64,000 nucleotides of DNA from Leptogorgia sarmentosa (taxonomy: Eukaryota). The stretch covers positions 24,614,001 to 24,678,000 of the forward strand of contig OZ210885.1 in NCBI GenBank assembly GCA_964658305.1. The letters run 5' to 3'. The notes under the pieces were generated by a model. That model did no database searches, was not told the origin of the DNA, and was given only the letters and a program-made list of their open reading frames with translations. Numbering within the stretch: position 1 is the first letter of the stretch; each line of letters opens with the position of its first letter. Positions 1 through 13,039 of this stretch are shown one piece after another. Both the position numbers and the translations under genes were made by a program.

Positions 1-98
1 CCCGAATCTGAGGCCTCGCTGATAAGACACCTTAAGGAAGGCAAAACAGCTTACATCGACATCGACCTGATGAATAGAACACAGAAAGTAGTAAAACA

Positions 99-500
99 TT
101 GACTATATTATGGAGGAAGTACCAAAACCACCCAGGAATTGGGAACGAACTTATCTGCATGAGTGAGAAGGGGGAGCTGGATAAGTCTGTTGCATACCTA
201 AAGAAAGCCAGTAAGAACGCTCTCACGAAACTGTACTCAGGGGCTCAAGACGCAAAACGTAGAAAGACAAATGAGTTCCTAACAGATATGATAATCTCAA
301 AGTGGTCGGATATCCTATCCAGCTTCAAAGCTATAGAGCACCAAAAATTAACTGACAGATGATCTTCTGAAGGATGAACTTCTAAACAACGATATAATGA
401 GGGGTGTTGAGCTCCTATCACCCTTCATACCACTTATTGGCATCGTTAGAGGTGGGGTAACAACCACCAGGCGCATATACCAGTCAAACCTACCACTCAA
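99..500 (+). pseudogene. Frameshifted small ORF, possibly a Polinton/Maverick (adintovirus-like) accessory gene remnant
   Basis: ORF 99-362 continues after a frameshift as DLLKDELLNNDIMRGVELLSPFIPLIGIVRGGVTTT. It sits among tightly packed, intronless, same-strand ORFs. The resemblance to Polinton accessory proteins is from memory only. Confidence 0.3.
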
Positions 501-770
501 AGATCTCCCTAAGGATGGTGATAATGATATGGTAAGTGTTGTTAGCAGCAGACCAAAATGAAGAAAAAGTATGATATGACTGATGTTACGACTATGCTTA
601 ACCAATTCTTCTTGATCATTATTATTCTCATACTATATCTTATATGCATAATTTAATCAGAAAGCAAGTTAGGATAGAGTACACAAATAGCTTCTCCGCA
701 AACGATGACAAGGAAATGCTCGAGGGCCTATATAAATCCTACCATCGCTTACACAAGGTATCGAACCGAA

Positions 771-890
771 GAAGTACTACGCAGTTCCATGGAGTACTGT
801 GGAGTTCCATGGAGTTCCATGGAGTACGATGGAGTTCCATGGTGTACTATGCAATACTATGGAGTGCTATGCAGTACTATGTAGTACTAT
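771..890. repeat. 10-bp minisatellite (GGAGTTCCAT/GTAGTACTAT), about 12 copies
   Basis: Directly visible 10-bp periodicity with gradual unit drift. Confidence 0.9.
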
Positions 891-1739
891 GTAGGGTTAC
901 GTACCATTATGGAGGGTTAAGAAAGGATTTTCATGATTAGGAACATGTATAGAAACCCTTAGATACATTACAGCTACGATCTACAATAGGTCAAGATTAT
1001 GAAGTAGCTACCGAGAATAATACCAAAAAGCAGCCAAAAAGCTAAATAGGTGTAAAGCCGTACATACTATAAAAAATTAAAACTAGTTCATTTTCTATGG
1101 TCCATAATTTTCCACGGACAGGATCACATCACTGGGTTCAACTTTCAAATGATCGCAGATCCATTATAACCCCGTAAAATGAAGTATATTCCTAAAAAAA
1201 AAACGTGTTGACACAGGTGTATTTCTTTAATTCTTTGGCATTGAAGTTAAGGGATGATTGAACTTGAAGGTAATCAATGGTTCATTTGCAATTTTAATTA
1301 GGCTTTAAGTTCAAAGCTTAGAGCATTGTCTCATGTGAGCAACTGATCATATCTAAGAACACATACGGTTGAGATATCCAAGTTTAGCTTGCAATCACAA
1401 TGAATCAGAAATACTCTCACGGAGACTGACGGAGTATCTGTGAGTCAAACAAAATACAAAATAAAAATTAAAAAAATCATGTGATGTTTTCTGTGATTTT
1501 TTAACTTTTCTGTGATATTTTTAATCAGTTGTTTGCCCCTCGATGTTTTCTACTTTAAACATGTCAACGATGTCATTGAAACAATGAAAACATGTGTACT
1601 TGCGGCAAGACTACATTCGTCCGTAGACTCCGAACCATAGTAGTTAAAAAATTTGTTAATACTGTAGCAGCATTAGAAATCTTAGAAGAAGGTGACGCAG
1701 CCGACGATGACACCAATTATGCCGCCGTTAATAACAAGC

Positions 1740-3663
1740 ATCAGAGAAGTGCTGTTTGGGATTATTTCCGAAAGCTAACAGATACCGCAAAAACAACAGG
1801 GACATCGAAGTGCACCATCTGTTCAGAAAACGTTAAACATGGCAGCAACATGTCTAACCTTTTTAAAGGTAACTTGGTGATTGATCATAGAAAGTCGCAG
1901 TTATAAATTATACAACTTAATTCCTGAACTACTAAAAAGTATTTCGGGTACTATTTACAACGGTTTCGAAATTTTTTAGCATTTAAAGCTGAAACATCAA
2001 GAGCAATACAAAGAAGCTGAAAAGAGAAGAAAATTAGATGAAGAATAAAATGCAAAAGAAACATACTAGTAAAGCAAAAAAACAAACAACAATCATAGAT
2101 ACCATGGTACATGGAAAATACTCCTCCACGTCCGCATGAAGCAAGAAGATTGACAATGTGGTGTTGAAAATGATCACAACAGATCTTCAACCTCTATCTG
2201 TTGTGGAGGATGCAGGGTTTCAATCATTGCTACATATAATGGATCCTCTATCATCTTCTGTCCAGAAGAACCACGACACGAATGCTGCCTGATATGTACC
2301 GTAAAAAAAAGTACTCCGGTTTGATTCGTAATAACTTTTGAACGAGTGAAGCTATTAAACAAAAACAACTCACAGTAGATAGAGGGGAGACTAACTTGGA
2401 TTGTGATATATTACACTTGGATTTTACTTTGACATTGACAGAGATATTAATGTTCAAAATGAAAAGCATATTTCTGGATGTGTGTAAAATATGCAAAAAA
2501 TTGGCCTATCAAGTACAAATAATTAACTAAGCGTTATTCAAATAGTTCGTTTAGTTGGGGTAGGAATATTACCCCAACGACCCGGCCATCATCTTCGAAC
2601 TTCTGCTGCATTTCCACATCTTCCATGCTCCAAGCATACCCAAACTCTTTGATCCTTATTTAATCTTGGCATGTTTAAAATAAACTCGGAATGAAACACA
2701 ATCAAACCATAACTCCATGCATGAGACATATTTATAACTCCCCTGGGACATCCAACATTTTGGGAAAAAATGTTTAACATATGTTGTAATGTTAATTTGC
2801 AAAAATTCTCTAAACTATGCCTATATCACTTACAAACCTGAGTAATAATTTATAGAAATATAAGTCACCCCAATGTCAAGTTGAGTAAAGCTTGATCAAT
2901 TTTGATACCGCGTTTTTGGTATATTTTCGACACATCCGAAAGTACGCTACCGACTTTGAACACGAATATCTCGTGAATTTTTACCTAAAATACAAGTGCA
3001 ATATACCAAAATCTAAGTTAGTCTTCCCTCTATCTACTGTGAGTTGTTTTTGTTTCATAGCTTCACTTGTTCAAAAGTTGTTATGAATCAAACCGGAGTA
3101 CTTTTTTTTTGGGACACCCGGTATTCTAAATGAGTTAAAGAAATTAAGCAGGAACTTGAGCAGATCACATGTTGCCCTCACAAGTGACCTGTGGACATCA
3201 AGAGTGACAGAGAGTTATCTCACCGTTACTTGCCACTATCTTACTTCTTCATGGGTGCTTAAATCTCTGGTTCTTGAGACCTTCGCTTTCAAATCAAGCC
3301 ACACTGCTGAGAATATTGCTGCATCATTTCTGAAGGTTGCACAAACATGGGGGCTACGGGGGAAGGTTGTTGCAATGGTAATCACTGACACTCTCAACCT
3401 TGTAGTCTCGGAAGCAATCAAGACTGATGTTATCAATGATATAAGAAAAAGATGCAGACAAATTGTGACATTGACAGATGATTAAGAATGAGAAAGATTA
3501 CAAGATCCTCTCCAATCTTGCAAAGAAATATCTTTGCATCCCTGCTACATCTGTCCCATCGGAGAGGCTCTTCTCGAAAGCAGGAGAACTTGTTTCAATC
3601 CGACGAAATAGGCTTAAGTCTAAAAATGTTGATATGTTATTGTTTCTAAATAAGAACATATAA
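1740..3663 (+). pseudogene. Decayed Ac/ZBED1-like hAT transposase
   Basis: BED finger SAVWDYF..KCTICSENVKHGSNMSNL; DLQPLSVVEDAGF; ALTSDLWTS..YLTVTCHY; C-terminal LAKKYLCIPATSVPSERLFSKAG. Contains stops, frameshifts and an internal deletion. Confidence 0.9.
2299..3121 (-). mobile_element. Non-autonomous Tc1/mariner element with long TIRs
   Basis: Roughly 200-bp imperfect inverted repeats (AAAAAAAAGTACTCCGGTTTGATT.../...AATCAAACCGGAGTACTTTTTTTT), TA on both sides (2297-2298, 3122-3123), and an internal transposase N-terminal remnant MPRLNKDQRVWVCLE on the - strand. Confidence 0.85.
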
Positions 3664-3674
3664 ACTTTAAAACT

Positions 3675-3870
3675 ATTTAACATCTAACACACTCGAAAAG
3701 GCCACAGGCCATAATGTGGAGGGTGTAGCTCTGTTGGAGAGGGGTCAGGCTGCAACGCCATCTCGGCAAGCCGGGTTTCGATGAACTCCATTCTGCGCAG
3801 CCGTGTTCCAGGTAGGAGCTCCTTTTAAGCCATCCCGGCTTGACTCACCTCAATGATGCCGAGAATTACC
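3675..3870. repeat. Split direct repeat copy (B2) of the Ngaro element
   Basis: Near-identical to 4647-4850 (a few substitutions and an 8-bp indel). Confidence 0.9.
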
Positions 3871-4646
3871 TCTCCACAGACAGAGCTACCGTCACACCAT
3901 AGGTGGAAACGAACCAACGACCGACTGTCCGAAACAACAACCACACAACAAACACAACTACCAGTTACCGAGACACCAGCGAAGGCTGAAGACCAACCTA
4001 GAAACAAATCACCCAGACTAGCCGGGGAGCAAGCCCGACAGGTGGGTGCGGCGATACACACAACGAATACACGAGCATACCGAGCCAGAATAAAGTGCCC
4101 GATAACAGTTACACCCTAACCGGGTAAACACGATAATGACACACAGAAAAAACAAGCACGGCACGAACAAGCACAGAAGGACAAGCCGACGAACACAACA
4201 AACAAAAAAGCAAAAGCTAGGGAACGCATGCGCCCAGGGGCCCATTGGCAAGCAGCCGAGCAACTATGAAGAGGGCACGCCGGCAAGCAGCCGGAGAATA
4301 ACGGTCGCCCCTTGTGCAAAGAACAGGCAGCAGATGACAAGCGAACGCCAGAGATCGGCAGCGCCTGCAACTCTGACAGCAGGCCCCCCGCCCCAGCGCA
4401 GGCAAGCAGCCTGGCGCAACCCTAATTGACTGAGGGCCCTCTACCCAACTACCCTCAGGGCTAGGCGGGAAGGGGGGGTGGGACACTTAACCTGACAGTA
4501 TGAGCAGCAAAGAGCAACTGAACCCCGCACATGCAACTCCTAAGCAGCATGCAAAACCCCTCCTATGCGTCATAATGCATAACACATAACATTACCAACC
4601 TGCAACAACTCGTGCTCGATGTTAATTAATTTTATTGCATAAATAC

Positions 4647-4850
4647 ATTTAACATCTAACACACTCGAAAAGGCCGCAGGCCATAATGTGGAGGGTGTAG
4701 CTCTGTTGGAGAGGGGTCAGGCTGCAATGCCATCTCGGCAAGCCGGGTTTCGATGAACTCCATTCTGCGCAGCCGTGTTCCAGGTGGGAGCTCCTTTTAA
4801 GCCATCCAAACATCCCGGCTTGACCCACCTCGATGATGCCGAGAATTACC
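4647..4850. repeat. Split direct repeat copy (B1) of the Ngaro element
   Basis: Near-identical to 3675-3870. Confidence 0.9.
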
Positions 4851-4916
4851 AGCGCAGCTGGAGAAAGGGATTCGAGGATTTGGCTTGTAGATGACACGTA
4901 TGTCATAGTTTTGCAG

Positions 4917-6488
4917 TCACAGAATCATCCTTTGGAGGCGTGGTGGCGTTTCTGCTAATGGCTTCTTCATGATAGCTTCAAGAGGTTTGTGGTCAGAATA
5001 TACGTTTACTGACCTTCCATACACGAATTGATGGAACTTTTCACAGCCAAACACGATTGCATACAGTTCTTTTTCGATCTGTGCGTAATTTTCTTCGGTG
5101 CGGGTTAATGACTTGGATGCGAATGCGACAGGTTTTCCATTCTGAAATAATGCTGCACCCAATCCATGCTTGGACACATCGACTTCTAACTCGATTTCTG
5201 CTTGAGGGTCAAAGTATGCAAGTGTTTCAGAGTTTGACACTGCCTGCTTTGTTTCCGCAAATGCTTTTTCTTCCTGTGCACCCCAATGAAACTGTACATC
5301 TTGTTTCAGCAGCGCTCGGAGAGGAGAGACGGCTCTAGGAATCTGGGGTGAGAATTTAGCCAGATAATTCACCATTCCCAGAAACGTTTCGAGCTCAGCT
5401 TTGTTTTCCGGTGGGGGCATGTTCACGATCGCCGATATTTTGACTTGGTCCGGTTTCATTCCTTCAGAGGTGATCAAATTTCCAAAATAACTTACTGCCT
5501 GGGTGCAGAAAACAAACTTTTCTGGATTTAGGGTAACTCCACGTTCTCTAGTGCGCTGAAGAACTGCTTGTAGGTTGGTGTCATGCTCTTCCTTCGTCTT
5601 GCCGAATACAAGAATGTCGTCAATGATAGCTGCCACACCCGGGAGGTCGCCGAATGTTCTGTCTACCAGTCTTTGAAAGACGTCTTGCGCAGAGTGAATC
5701 CCAAATGGCATTCGGAGAAATCTGAAACGGCCAAACAGCGTATTGAAGGTGGTCAACAACGAGCTTTCCTGGTCAAGTTTGATTTGCCAGTATCCCGACC
5801 GCGCATCTAGCTTCGTAAAGAATTTTGCATTTGACAATTTCGTTGTGACTTCTTCAAGTGTTGGTAAAGGGTGGTATTCTCTTCTTATTGCTCGATTCAG
5901 ATCTCGGGGATCAAGGCATATACGTAATTTTCCACTTTCTCGTTTTTCGACTACGACCAGCGAACTGACCCACTTGGTGGGTTTCTCGACTGGTGCTATC
6001 ACATCTTTCTTTTGCATATCTTGTAGCTCCTCTTTTAGCCGTTTTTGTAGAGCGAAGGGGACCTTTCGTGCAGCGTGAATCACAGGTTTCACATCTGGGT
6101 TGACTGTAATACGATATTCACCTGGGAAAAGTCCAATTCCAATGAACACGTCTTTATAGTCGTCCAGTACTTGTTCTTTGGTCATACCCTGACGAACATT
6201 GCCAGGCTTGATTTCGTTGATAATACAAGCTTGATCAAATTCATTTCTATACACGACCTAAGGCTGAGAACTGGTGAAGCGTTTGTGTTTACCACATAGA
6301 AAACTAGTTCGCGACATTGTTTCTTGTATTTTCAAGGGTTTTCCGCTGTATCCGTACAAACGGCTGCGAACCGGCTGCAATTTAGGAAAGTTTTTTGCCA
6401 TATCTGCCAACCGCAAAGGAATGACGTTCACTTGTGCTCCAGTATCTAATTTGAACTCCATAATTTTCTGCACGCCCACGAGATTCAT
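4917..6488 (-). pseudogene. pol: Gypsy pol: protease, RT and RNase H (frameshifted, premature stop at 4917)
   Basis: FKLDTGAQVNVI; LRICLDPRDLN; KLDARSGYWQI; RMPFGI; IIDDILVFG; DVSKHGLGAAL; YAQIEKELYAIVFGCEKF; SDHKPL. Confidence 0.95.
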
Positions 6489-6683
6489 TTTAACAAAGAC
6501 TTCATCCTGAACGCTGGTTTCTTTTGTCTTTGAAGCTGTCGTGACGGTTTCAGCGCATAAATTTTCGATGCTATCATCCGTGACGGGATTTTCCGGCGTT
6601 GTTGTTTTTGAGACGGTTCCAATAAATAAATCTGTAACTTGTTCTTCGTCTTCGTTTATAAATTCTTCTTCGATATTGTCTAC

Positions 6684-7446
6684 TCAAGAGGACCTGCACA
6701 TTCTGGCAAAGTGATTTATCTTCTTGCACTTATAGCACGTTTTCCCCTTTGCCGGGCAAAGGTCTCGGTTTCTGTGCATTTGACCGCCACAGTTTTGACA
6801 ATGTTGCTCTTTATTGTCCGGCAGCTGAGGGCCTCTAGGATACTGTACTTTCGGAGGCTGGCGTCGTCTTCTAATCGCATGAATATGTTCATCATCCTTA
6901 TTCATCCATTTCAGTTGGTCTTTTGCTAACTCGTAATTTCTTGCAATGCCCACAGCTTTATCCAAAGTTAATTCTGAGCCTTCGCCGAAGAGACGTTCTC
7001 TGACTTTCTGTGAGTTCGTTCCAAACACGATTCGATCACGAATCATTTCATCAGGCTTATGGAAGGCACAATCTTTGGCCAAAAGTTTCAAATCTGTAAT
7101 GAACTGCTCGACCGCTTCCAACTGACCTTGTAATCTGTTATAAAATTTATAGCGAGCGAATATGGGATTTGCCTTCGGCGCTACGTGTTGCTCAAATCGC
7201 ACGTATAGTGCTTTTAATGTCAATTTGTCACGGTCCTCCTCTGCTAGATCAGCCCATGTGTTGAAAATATCGCGTCCTTTTTTCTCCGACCCAAATCAGG
7301 AGATAACTACATTGTTCTGCTTCGGATTTGTCTTTAAGCGGGCCTGAAAACATTAGATCAGCATACTGCTTGAACCTCTTCCACGTTTCAACGAGGTTAT
7401 CGCTTTCCCAGTTCATTCGCGGTACGTCAACAGCAGCCTCGGCCAT
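6684..7446 (-). pseudogene. gag: Gypsy gag (frameshifted)
   Basis: ORFs 7249-7446 and 6684-7223; MIRDRIVFG; zinc knuckles CQNCGGQMH...C and CYKCKKINHFARMC. Confidence 0.9.
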
Positions 7447-7507
7447 GATCTTTGGCCAAGGTTGTTGAAAACCTTCTCACTTAATTTGTATCCCACACCT
7501 GACACCA

Positions 7508-7627
7508 TGTAATGTTCTCGAGCTGTGTTGTTCTCGAGTGATAATTTAATAATCAATAAAAGAATGTGATACCTATATATGTACACGAGTTAGACGTCAT
7601 TTAGATAATTATGCACATAATATTACA
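7508..7627 (-). repeat. Gypsy 5' LTR (120 bp) followed by a primer-binding site
   Basis: On the - strand it reads TGTAAT...ATTACA and is immediately followed by TGGTGTCAGG (PBS-like, 7498-7507). Confidence 0.85.
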
Positions 7628-8300
7628 ACTGTGACCAGCCGGCGAAGACAGATCAAGGATAAGGCGCCACTTGCCAGGTCGGTGATTCTTGGGAATGACA
7701 CCAAACGGACTAACGTGCAAAGACACCACCGGAGGGCTGAAGAACGGGCCCGCCATATGCCTTTCCGCTAACTCGGCAGAGAGATACGCGTCAACTACGT
7801 CCGGATGATCCAATGCCGATCACATACACAGCCAAAAACGCCACAGACTTGATGCAAATTGTGTGTATTACTGGTCTGATGCAAGTTGCCAACAAGTTGT
7901 ATCAACCCTGTTGACTTTATCAAATTGCATCGAGTCTGTGAACATCGGACTTGCGGCAACTTGATATTGGCAGACTTGCTGCAAGTTGATAAAACAGCTT
8001 TTATCAAGCTTGCAAGCATTTGGCAACTTGCTGCAAATCTGGTAACAACTTCTAGCAGACTTGTTATCCTCAAGCCGGAGCAAGCGATGCGAACGCATCC
8101 TGATATTTGCTTGGTGGTGGCAGACTTGCTGCAACTTGGGCGTTTTTGGCTGTGTATTGGACGACCACAACGCGATCAGACTCCCAACCAACCCGTAACG
8201 AATGCCGTCCAAGACATAGCGCTTCTTCTCACAAGGAAACGCTGTCAATTCGCGAATAAACTCTGCTAGCACCAACTGGGTTATGCTGGCAACAGGCGAA
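7628..8300 (-). pseudogene. Ngaro/DIRS reverse transcriptase N-terminal fragment, split by a MITE
   Basis: YVLDGIRYG ... SNM*SALDHPDVVDAYLSAELAERHMAGPF..LHVSPFGVIPKNHRPGKWRLILDLSSP. Confidence 0.85.
7827..8154. mobile_element. MITE with TA target duplication
   Basis: TIRs CACAGCCAAAAACGCC / GGCGTTTTTGGCTGTG, TA at 7825-7826 and 8155-8156, internal ACTTGCTGCAA-type repeats. Removing it restores the Ngaro reading frame. Confidence 0.9.
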
Positions 8301-8799
8301 TCGATATCCAGAGGACGACGGCTAAACAAACAAAAACACTAAAGAAACGAAAAAACCCTGCAGGGACCCCGCCCCCGCAAAAAGCACACAGCAATAAACA
8401 CACAAACCGATAACGGTGCCAGAACAACATGTTAACACTGAGAAATACGCATGCAATAACAGAATAGCATAGAAAACAAAACAAAACACACAAGTCGCGG
8501 ACATGCACGATGCCCGCAACACACAATGTCCCTCGCCCCGCAACCCAAACACACACAAGGGCCTCAGGCCCCCAACTAACTAGCACCGACTATAATCGGC
8601 TGCAACCGGCCGCAACAGTACATGTGCCCGCAACAGTGGTGCCAGACACTGCAAGCTAAACCCGACCCACAGCAGGCCTAACGGTCATGAGGACGAAGGA
8701 AGGTCACGAGGACGAAGGAAGGGCGCTGTCGCAGGAGGGACACCCACAGTCCCGGACGTAGACGGAGGGAAGCCTGTCACCACTCCCGCTGAGTTGTTG

Positions 8800-9375
8800 G
8801 GACAATGAATGCGCCAATGACCAGCTCGACATCGAGGCACGTCGCAGACGTGAATATATCGGCAGACCGGGCGAGACGCGACGCACCGTCCGACATATGG
8901 TGGTGCCAAATTGAGCCCCAGCACTCTCGAGGGACAGCGGGCCTGGAACCGTCTGCACCCCCCTGGACGCCGACGCCGTATGGTAGTTATATAACTCCAC
9001 ATGCATGGCAGACCAGTCGACAATATGACGCTGCGTCACGGCGAAAGGCCTCATCATAATGGAACCACGCTAAACCACCAAACTGTGCATGTGTGTGTAA
9101 AATTAGCAGCTGGTAGCGAATCAGGTCAGCAGCTCGATGCAGCGCATAAGTCACCACGACAAGCATGTAGATCGCAAACGCTTGCAACCACTGAGATATA
9201 TCAGTCAACCGCCGTGGTGGTTTGGGCGCTGGGGAGACCACCTGGCCATCAACGCAGATCACGGGGGAGGTCGAACGAGCGTCCGAGGGCTTCGCCAGCA
9301 AGGAAGCTAAGTCAATATACTGACCTGTCACAATGTTCGACACCGTCCTATCCGAGATGGGCAAAAACCCTGTGA
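8800..9375 (-). pseudogene. Ngaro/DIRS gag-like ORF1
   Basis: IVTGQYIDLASLL..LTDISQWLQAFAIY..DLIRYQLLI..GGLAWFHYDEAFR, followed by a Cys/His cluster (RCVASRPVCRYIHVCDVPRCRAGH). Confidence 0.85.
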
Positions 9376-9423
9376 AACCACAAACGAGGCAGGCTGCGAC
9401 CGCGCCTAAGGCAAAAACATACC

Positions 9424-12400
9424 TGGGGGGGGGGGGGGGGGGGGGGGTACGATGATTTTAAATTTCTAACAGCCATGTAAAAAAGTTTTCATAATGGGGG
9501 TGCTGAATTAATTTGAGACACGAATTTAGAATTCAACTATTTACCAATACCATTATACGTTTTTGATAACGTAAAGAATAATATTATAACATGAAGTACC
9601 GAGTACGAAGGTTTCGTCGGCTCAAAACCGAAAGTGAAACCTCTGCTTTTAAAGCTCATTGGATTCAAATTGGCGCCATTATGAATATGGAAATGTGGAA
9701 ATCCTAGACCTCATAGATGGAATTGCGCAATCCTTTTACAGAGATCGTCAATGAAGCGAATCGAGCTTTAATCATAAATAATTTGGGTCCTGTTAGACCA
9801 CTTATCGAATTTCCCGTATCAACATCAGGGAAAAGAACGTTCAAGTTTCAATCTCGTTGGTATGACCTCCATTCATGGCTAGAATATTCTGTACAGAAAG
9901 ATGCAGCATTCTGTTTTTACTGTAGATGCTTCGGGACATTAGGTAAGTGCGCTACTACAAAATCGCGATATAAACGTACAGTACAAACAGCCACTGAGTA
10001 AGTTGGGCTACCTAGGTTATTCCGTACGTGATTTATGTAAATAACTGGCGAAGATGAATGAATGAATAATTTTATAAATAAAATTCCAATTTATTTATTT
10101 TTTTAAATTGGGATTAATAACTAGCGAGCACCATCCTTGTACTTAAAATACTAGACAAATGACTTAATAAAACCAAGAAGCCGTTTTGACAGTATTTCTA
10201 CCTTCTGGCAATATCCTAATAGTATATTTAAAAAGTGATCACACTGCTGTCAGAAACTACACTTTTTGCTACTCGTAATTTGCCACAATATAAGTAATAT
10301 ATTAAAGGACTATTAAACTGTAGCCTGTTGATTCAGACCTAAAACTTAACTTTAGTTGGAAGCTCGGAAGAAACATTCAGAAAGACAGGATTTTGTACAT
10401 GGAAAGAAGCTTCTGGTGAAAGTGGAAAACTGGCTAGTCATGCTAAAACGCAAATGCATATTCTGTCAATGGAGCGCATGCAGAACTTTAAAAGTGACAA
10501 CCACCATATTGATGTGCAACTTGTTGGCATAGCTGAAGCTTCAAAGACAAGAAGACAACAAGAACGAGAAGAAAATCGGCAGATTGTCCAGACGATTTTT
10601 GATGTAGTCCGACATTTGGCAAAGCAAAATACCACGCTCCGTGGACACTACGAGACAAATGATTCAACTAATCGTGGAAACTTCCTGGAAGAACTTTTGT
10701 TTCTGTCTAAGTATGATAAGTCATTGAAACGTTGGATGGAAACTCACCCCCAAAATTTGTCATATTTTTCTCCCAGTATCCAGAATGAAATGATTGGCAT
10801 CCTCAGCAATATGATCATTGAAATTATAAAATCTGAAGTGATTTCTGCCAAATATTTCTCAATTGAATGTGACGAAGTAACATCCCACAAACGGGCATTT
10901 ATGTCTGTTATTGTTCGGTATGTCTACGATTATTGTATTTGAGAAAGATGTATCAAGCTACATCGGGTGAAAAATTTAACTGGGCAAAGCCTTGCGGCTG
11001 TTATCATTGCTGTTCTTGCGAACATGAACTTTCCTATCCGGAATTTAGTTGGTAAAGGCCTTGATGGGGCAAGTAACATGTCAGGCAAGGACGAAGGTGT
11101 CCAACAACATCTCACCGCAGCTGGTGCTGATAAATCGATATATTTCCATTGTTTCGCACACAAACTAAACCTTGTCTTAGAGAAGAGTGTTAGCAACGTG
11201 CCATCCGTGAGTGACGTATTTGATATTATTGGTGCCGTCTATCATTATCTCGAAGGGTCTCCAAAGAGGCATGCATCGTATGAAAAGAAGTTACAGATTC
11301 ATGGCATATCGAAGGGAAAGATAGCGTTGCACACGCTTTCAGACACAAGATGGGCTGCTCGATCCGACAATTTGGAGGTTGTTTTCAACACCTTGCCTGC
11401 TATCATATCAATGCTTAAATCCATGTCGGAAGACGGTGAATCAGCTGCAGACGGATTGCTCGTACGTATGCTAAAGCTCAAGTTCATTGCTTCGTGTGTC
11501 GTATTGAAGAAGTGTTTTGCTCTCAGAAGATCGGTCTCAGAATATCTTCAGCACGAAAACATGGACTTAGTTTCAAAACGAGGAAAAGATGGATCAGTTT
11601 CTGCATGAGGCACAGAAATATTGCACGGATCACGGACTGGTTGTGGACGACTTCGACCAGGAGGATCAACAACACCCAAACAGACCAAAGCGTCAGCACA
11701 CAATTCCTTCCTATTTCAACGATGGTACATTCTTTTTAGACCAAGACGCCAGAGCAATCCAAGAAGAAATAACTGGGAATGACCGCCCAAGCGATCTCTT
11801 CAAGCGAGATTTTTTCTTCCCATTTTTGGACTGGATGCACAACGAGCTGGAGAGGAGGTTCTCTTCCAAAGCATGTAAAATATTGTCGCTAGCCAACGTT
11901 TTCCATCCCAAATATTTTGAAGAAGAAAATTCGCACCAAGCCCAACAACTGGCCGAATTCTATGGAATCGATCCCGATGTTGTCGTAAATCAGTTCATTT
12001 TGTTCTCTAAGTCTCGTGAAATTAATGTCTGGAAACAGAAGTACGAAGAATTTCTTAAGATGAAAGAGAAGGCTAACAACGATCCCTTGACGAAAGCACC
12101 CGAAGCTTGGCTTTGTCTGCCAACTCTTTTAAAGGTTTTTGGAGAAAATTCAATTAGCAACCTTTACCCTGATCTGTTCGAGGTGGTAAAAATTGTCGCT
12201 ACTCTTCCTGCAACAGTTGCTTCCTGTGAACGAGCACACAGCAAAGTGAAGATAATAAACAACTACCTTCGAGCGTCAATGTCCGATGAACGTCTTGAAA
12301 ATCTGGTTCATATCAGCATAGAAAGAGACATTGCTGATAAGATTGAGTTGGATACTCTAGTTAACGCATTTAAATTAGCTAACAACAGAAAGTTACCTTT

Positions 12401-12649
12401 GTAAAAACTGTATGACACATTTAGATTAGCAAAAACCATTTGTTCAGAACAAAAATCACGCGTAATCGCCAATGTATAGCTTTCATATTATCATAAAACC
12501 TGCGTGAAAAAGCCGGAAATGGCGTTTTAGAGACCTTAGAAATAAAACTTTTCTTGGGGGGGGGGGGCATTCCCCCAACCCTCCAGGACTCTTGAGTCTT
12601 CGCCGCTTGCCACGTCCCCCCCACTTTGAACAACCTGGCGACGCCACTG
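9424..12649 (+). mobile_element. hAT transposon (TTF-finger, ZMYM1-like transposase), decayed; left TIR not seen
   Basis: Right TIR ...CCTGGCGACGCCACTG ends at 12649. Left boundary is approximate (poly-G run). Confidence 0.85.
9717..12404 (+). pseudogene. hAT transposase pseudogene with one intron (about 9943-10355)
   Basis: WLEYSVQKDAAFCFYC; NRGNFLE; FSIECDEVT; DGASNMSG; HCFAHKLNL; DTRWAAR; PATVASCERAHS. Stop at 10940 and frameshift or deletion near 11590. Confidence 0.92.
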
Positions 12650-13039
12650 TTGAGGGTGGAAAAAATTTGGGAGTCAATTGATCGACAGACTGTCACATAC
12701 AGAAGCTGAAGTAAAAGCATTACGCGAAGAAAACTCGGAACTTGAAACGCGAATAAGCACTATGGAGGGAAGAGCAGAAGTTTGGGACTCTGCGAATGTC
12801 GGACTCGAGAATGTCCAAACGAAATTCCAATGCAAGTTAGATTCAATGGAAAAGCAATTAACCGGGCAGAAATGTGAGCTGAATAAATTAAGGACACAAT
12901 GACAGACGCGATTCGAAAGGCCGAGTTCCATCAAATTTGCTTCTAGTCCTATTGATTTTCTGAATGAATTCAAGAAGGAATCTACAGCAGCACCGAATAA
13001 AGTTGAACAAAATTTTCCTGATCGTGGAAATATCGCTTT

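Larger units (their letters stand above)
4880..7627 (-). mobile_element. Ty3/Gypsy LTR retrotransposon, 3'-truncated (integrase and 3' LTR missing)
   Basis: 5' LTR, PBS, gag with CCHC knuckle, protease, RT and RNase H in Gypsy order. Inserted in the Ngaro RT right after ...SSPAGHS. Confidence 0.95.
3675..9420 (-). mobile_element. Ngaro/DIRS tyrosine-recombinase retrotransposon remnant (5' end, most of RT/RH and YR deleted)
   Basis: Gag-like ORF at 8987-9364, RT N-terminus at 7628-8300, and a direct-repeat pair at the 3' end consistent with the B1-A2-B2 split direct repeat layout. Confidence 0.85.

Noticed and set aside
771..890. Short regular repeats as a CRISPR array
   Set aside because: Head-to-tail 10-bp units without spacers, no cas genes, eukaryotic context.
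3825..4486. Several overlapping 78-97 aa ORFs on both strands
   Set aside because: They fall in the GC-rich Ngaro repeat region and show low-complexity composition with no motifs; likely spurious, as are the antisense ORFs over other transposases.
9424..9447. Poly-G run as a functional G4 element
   Set aside because: G-runs are common in hAT subterminal regions (also about 22417-22440) and homopolymer length is error-prone.
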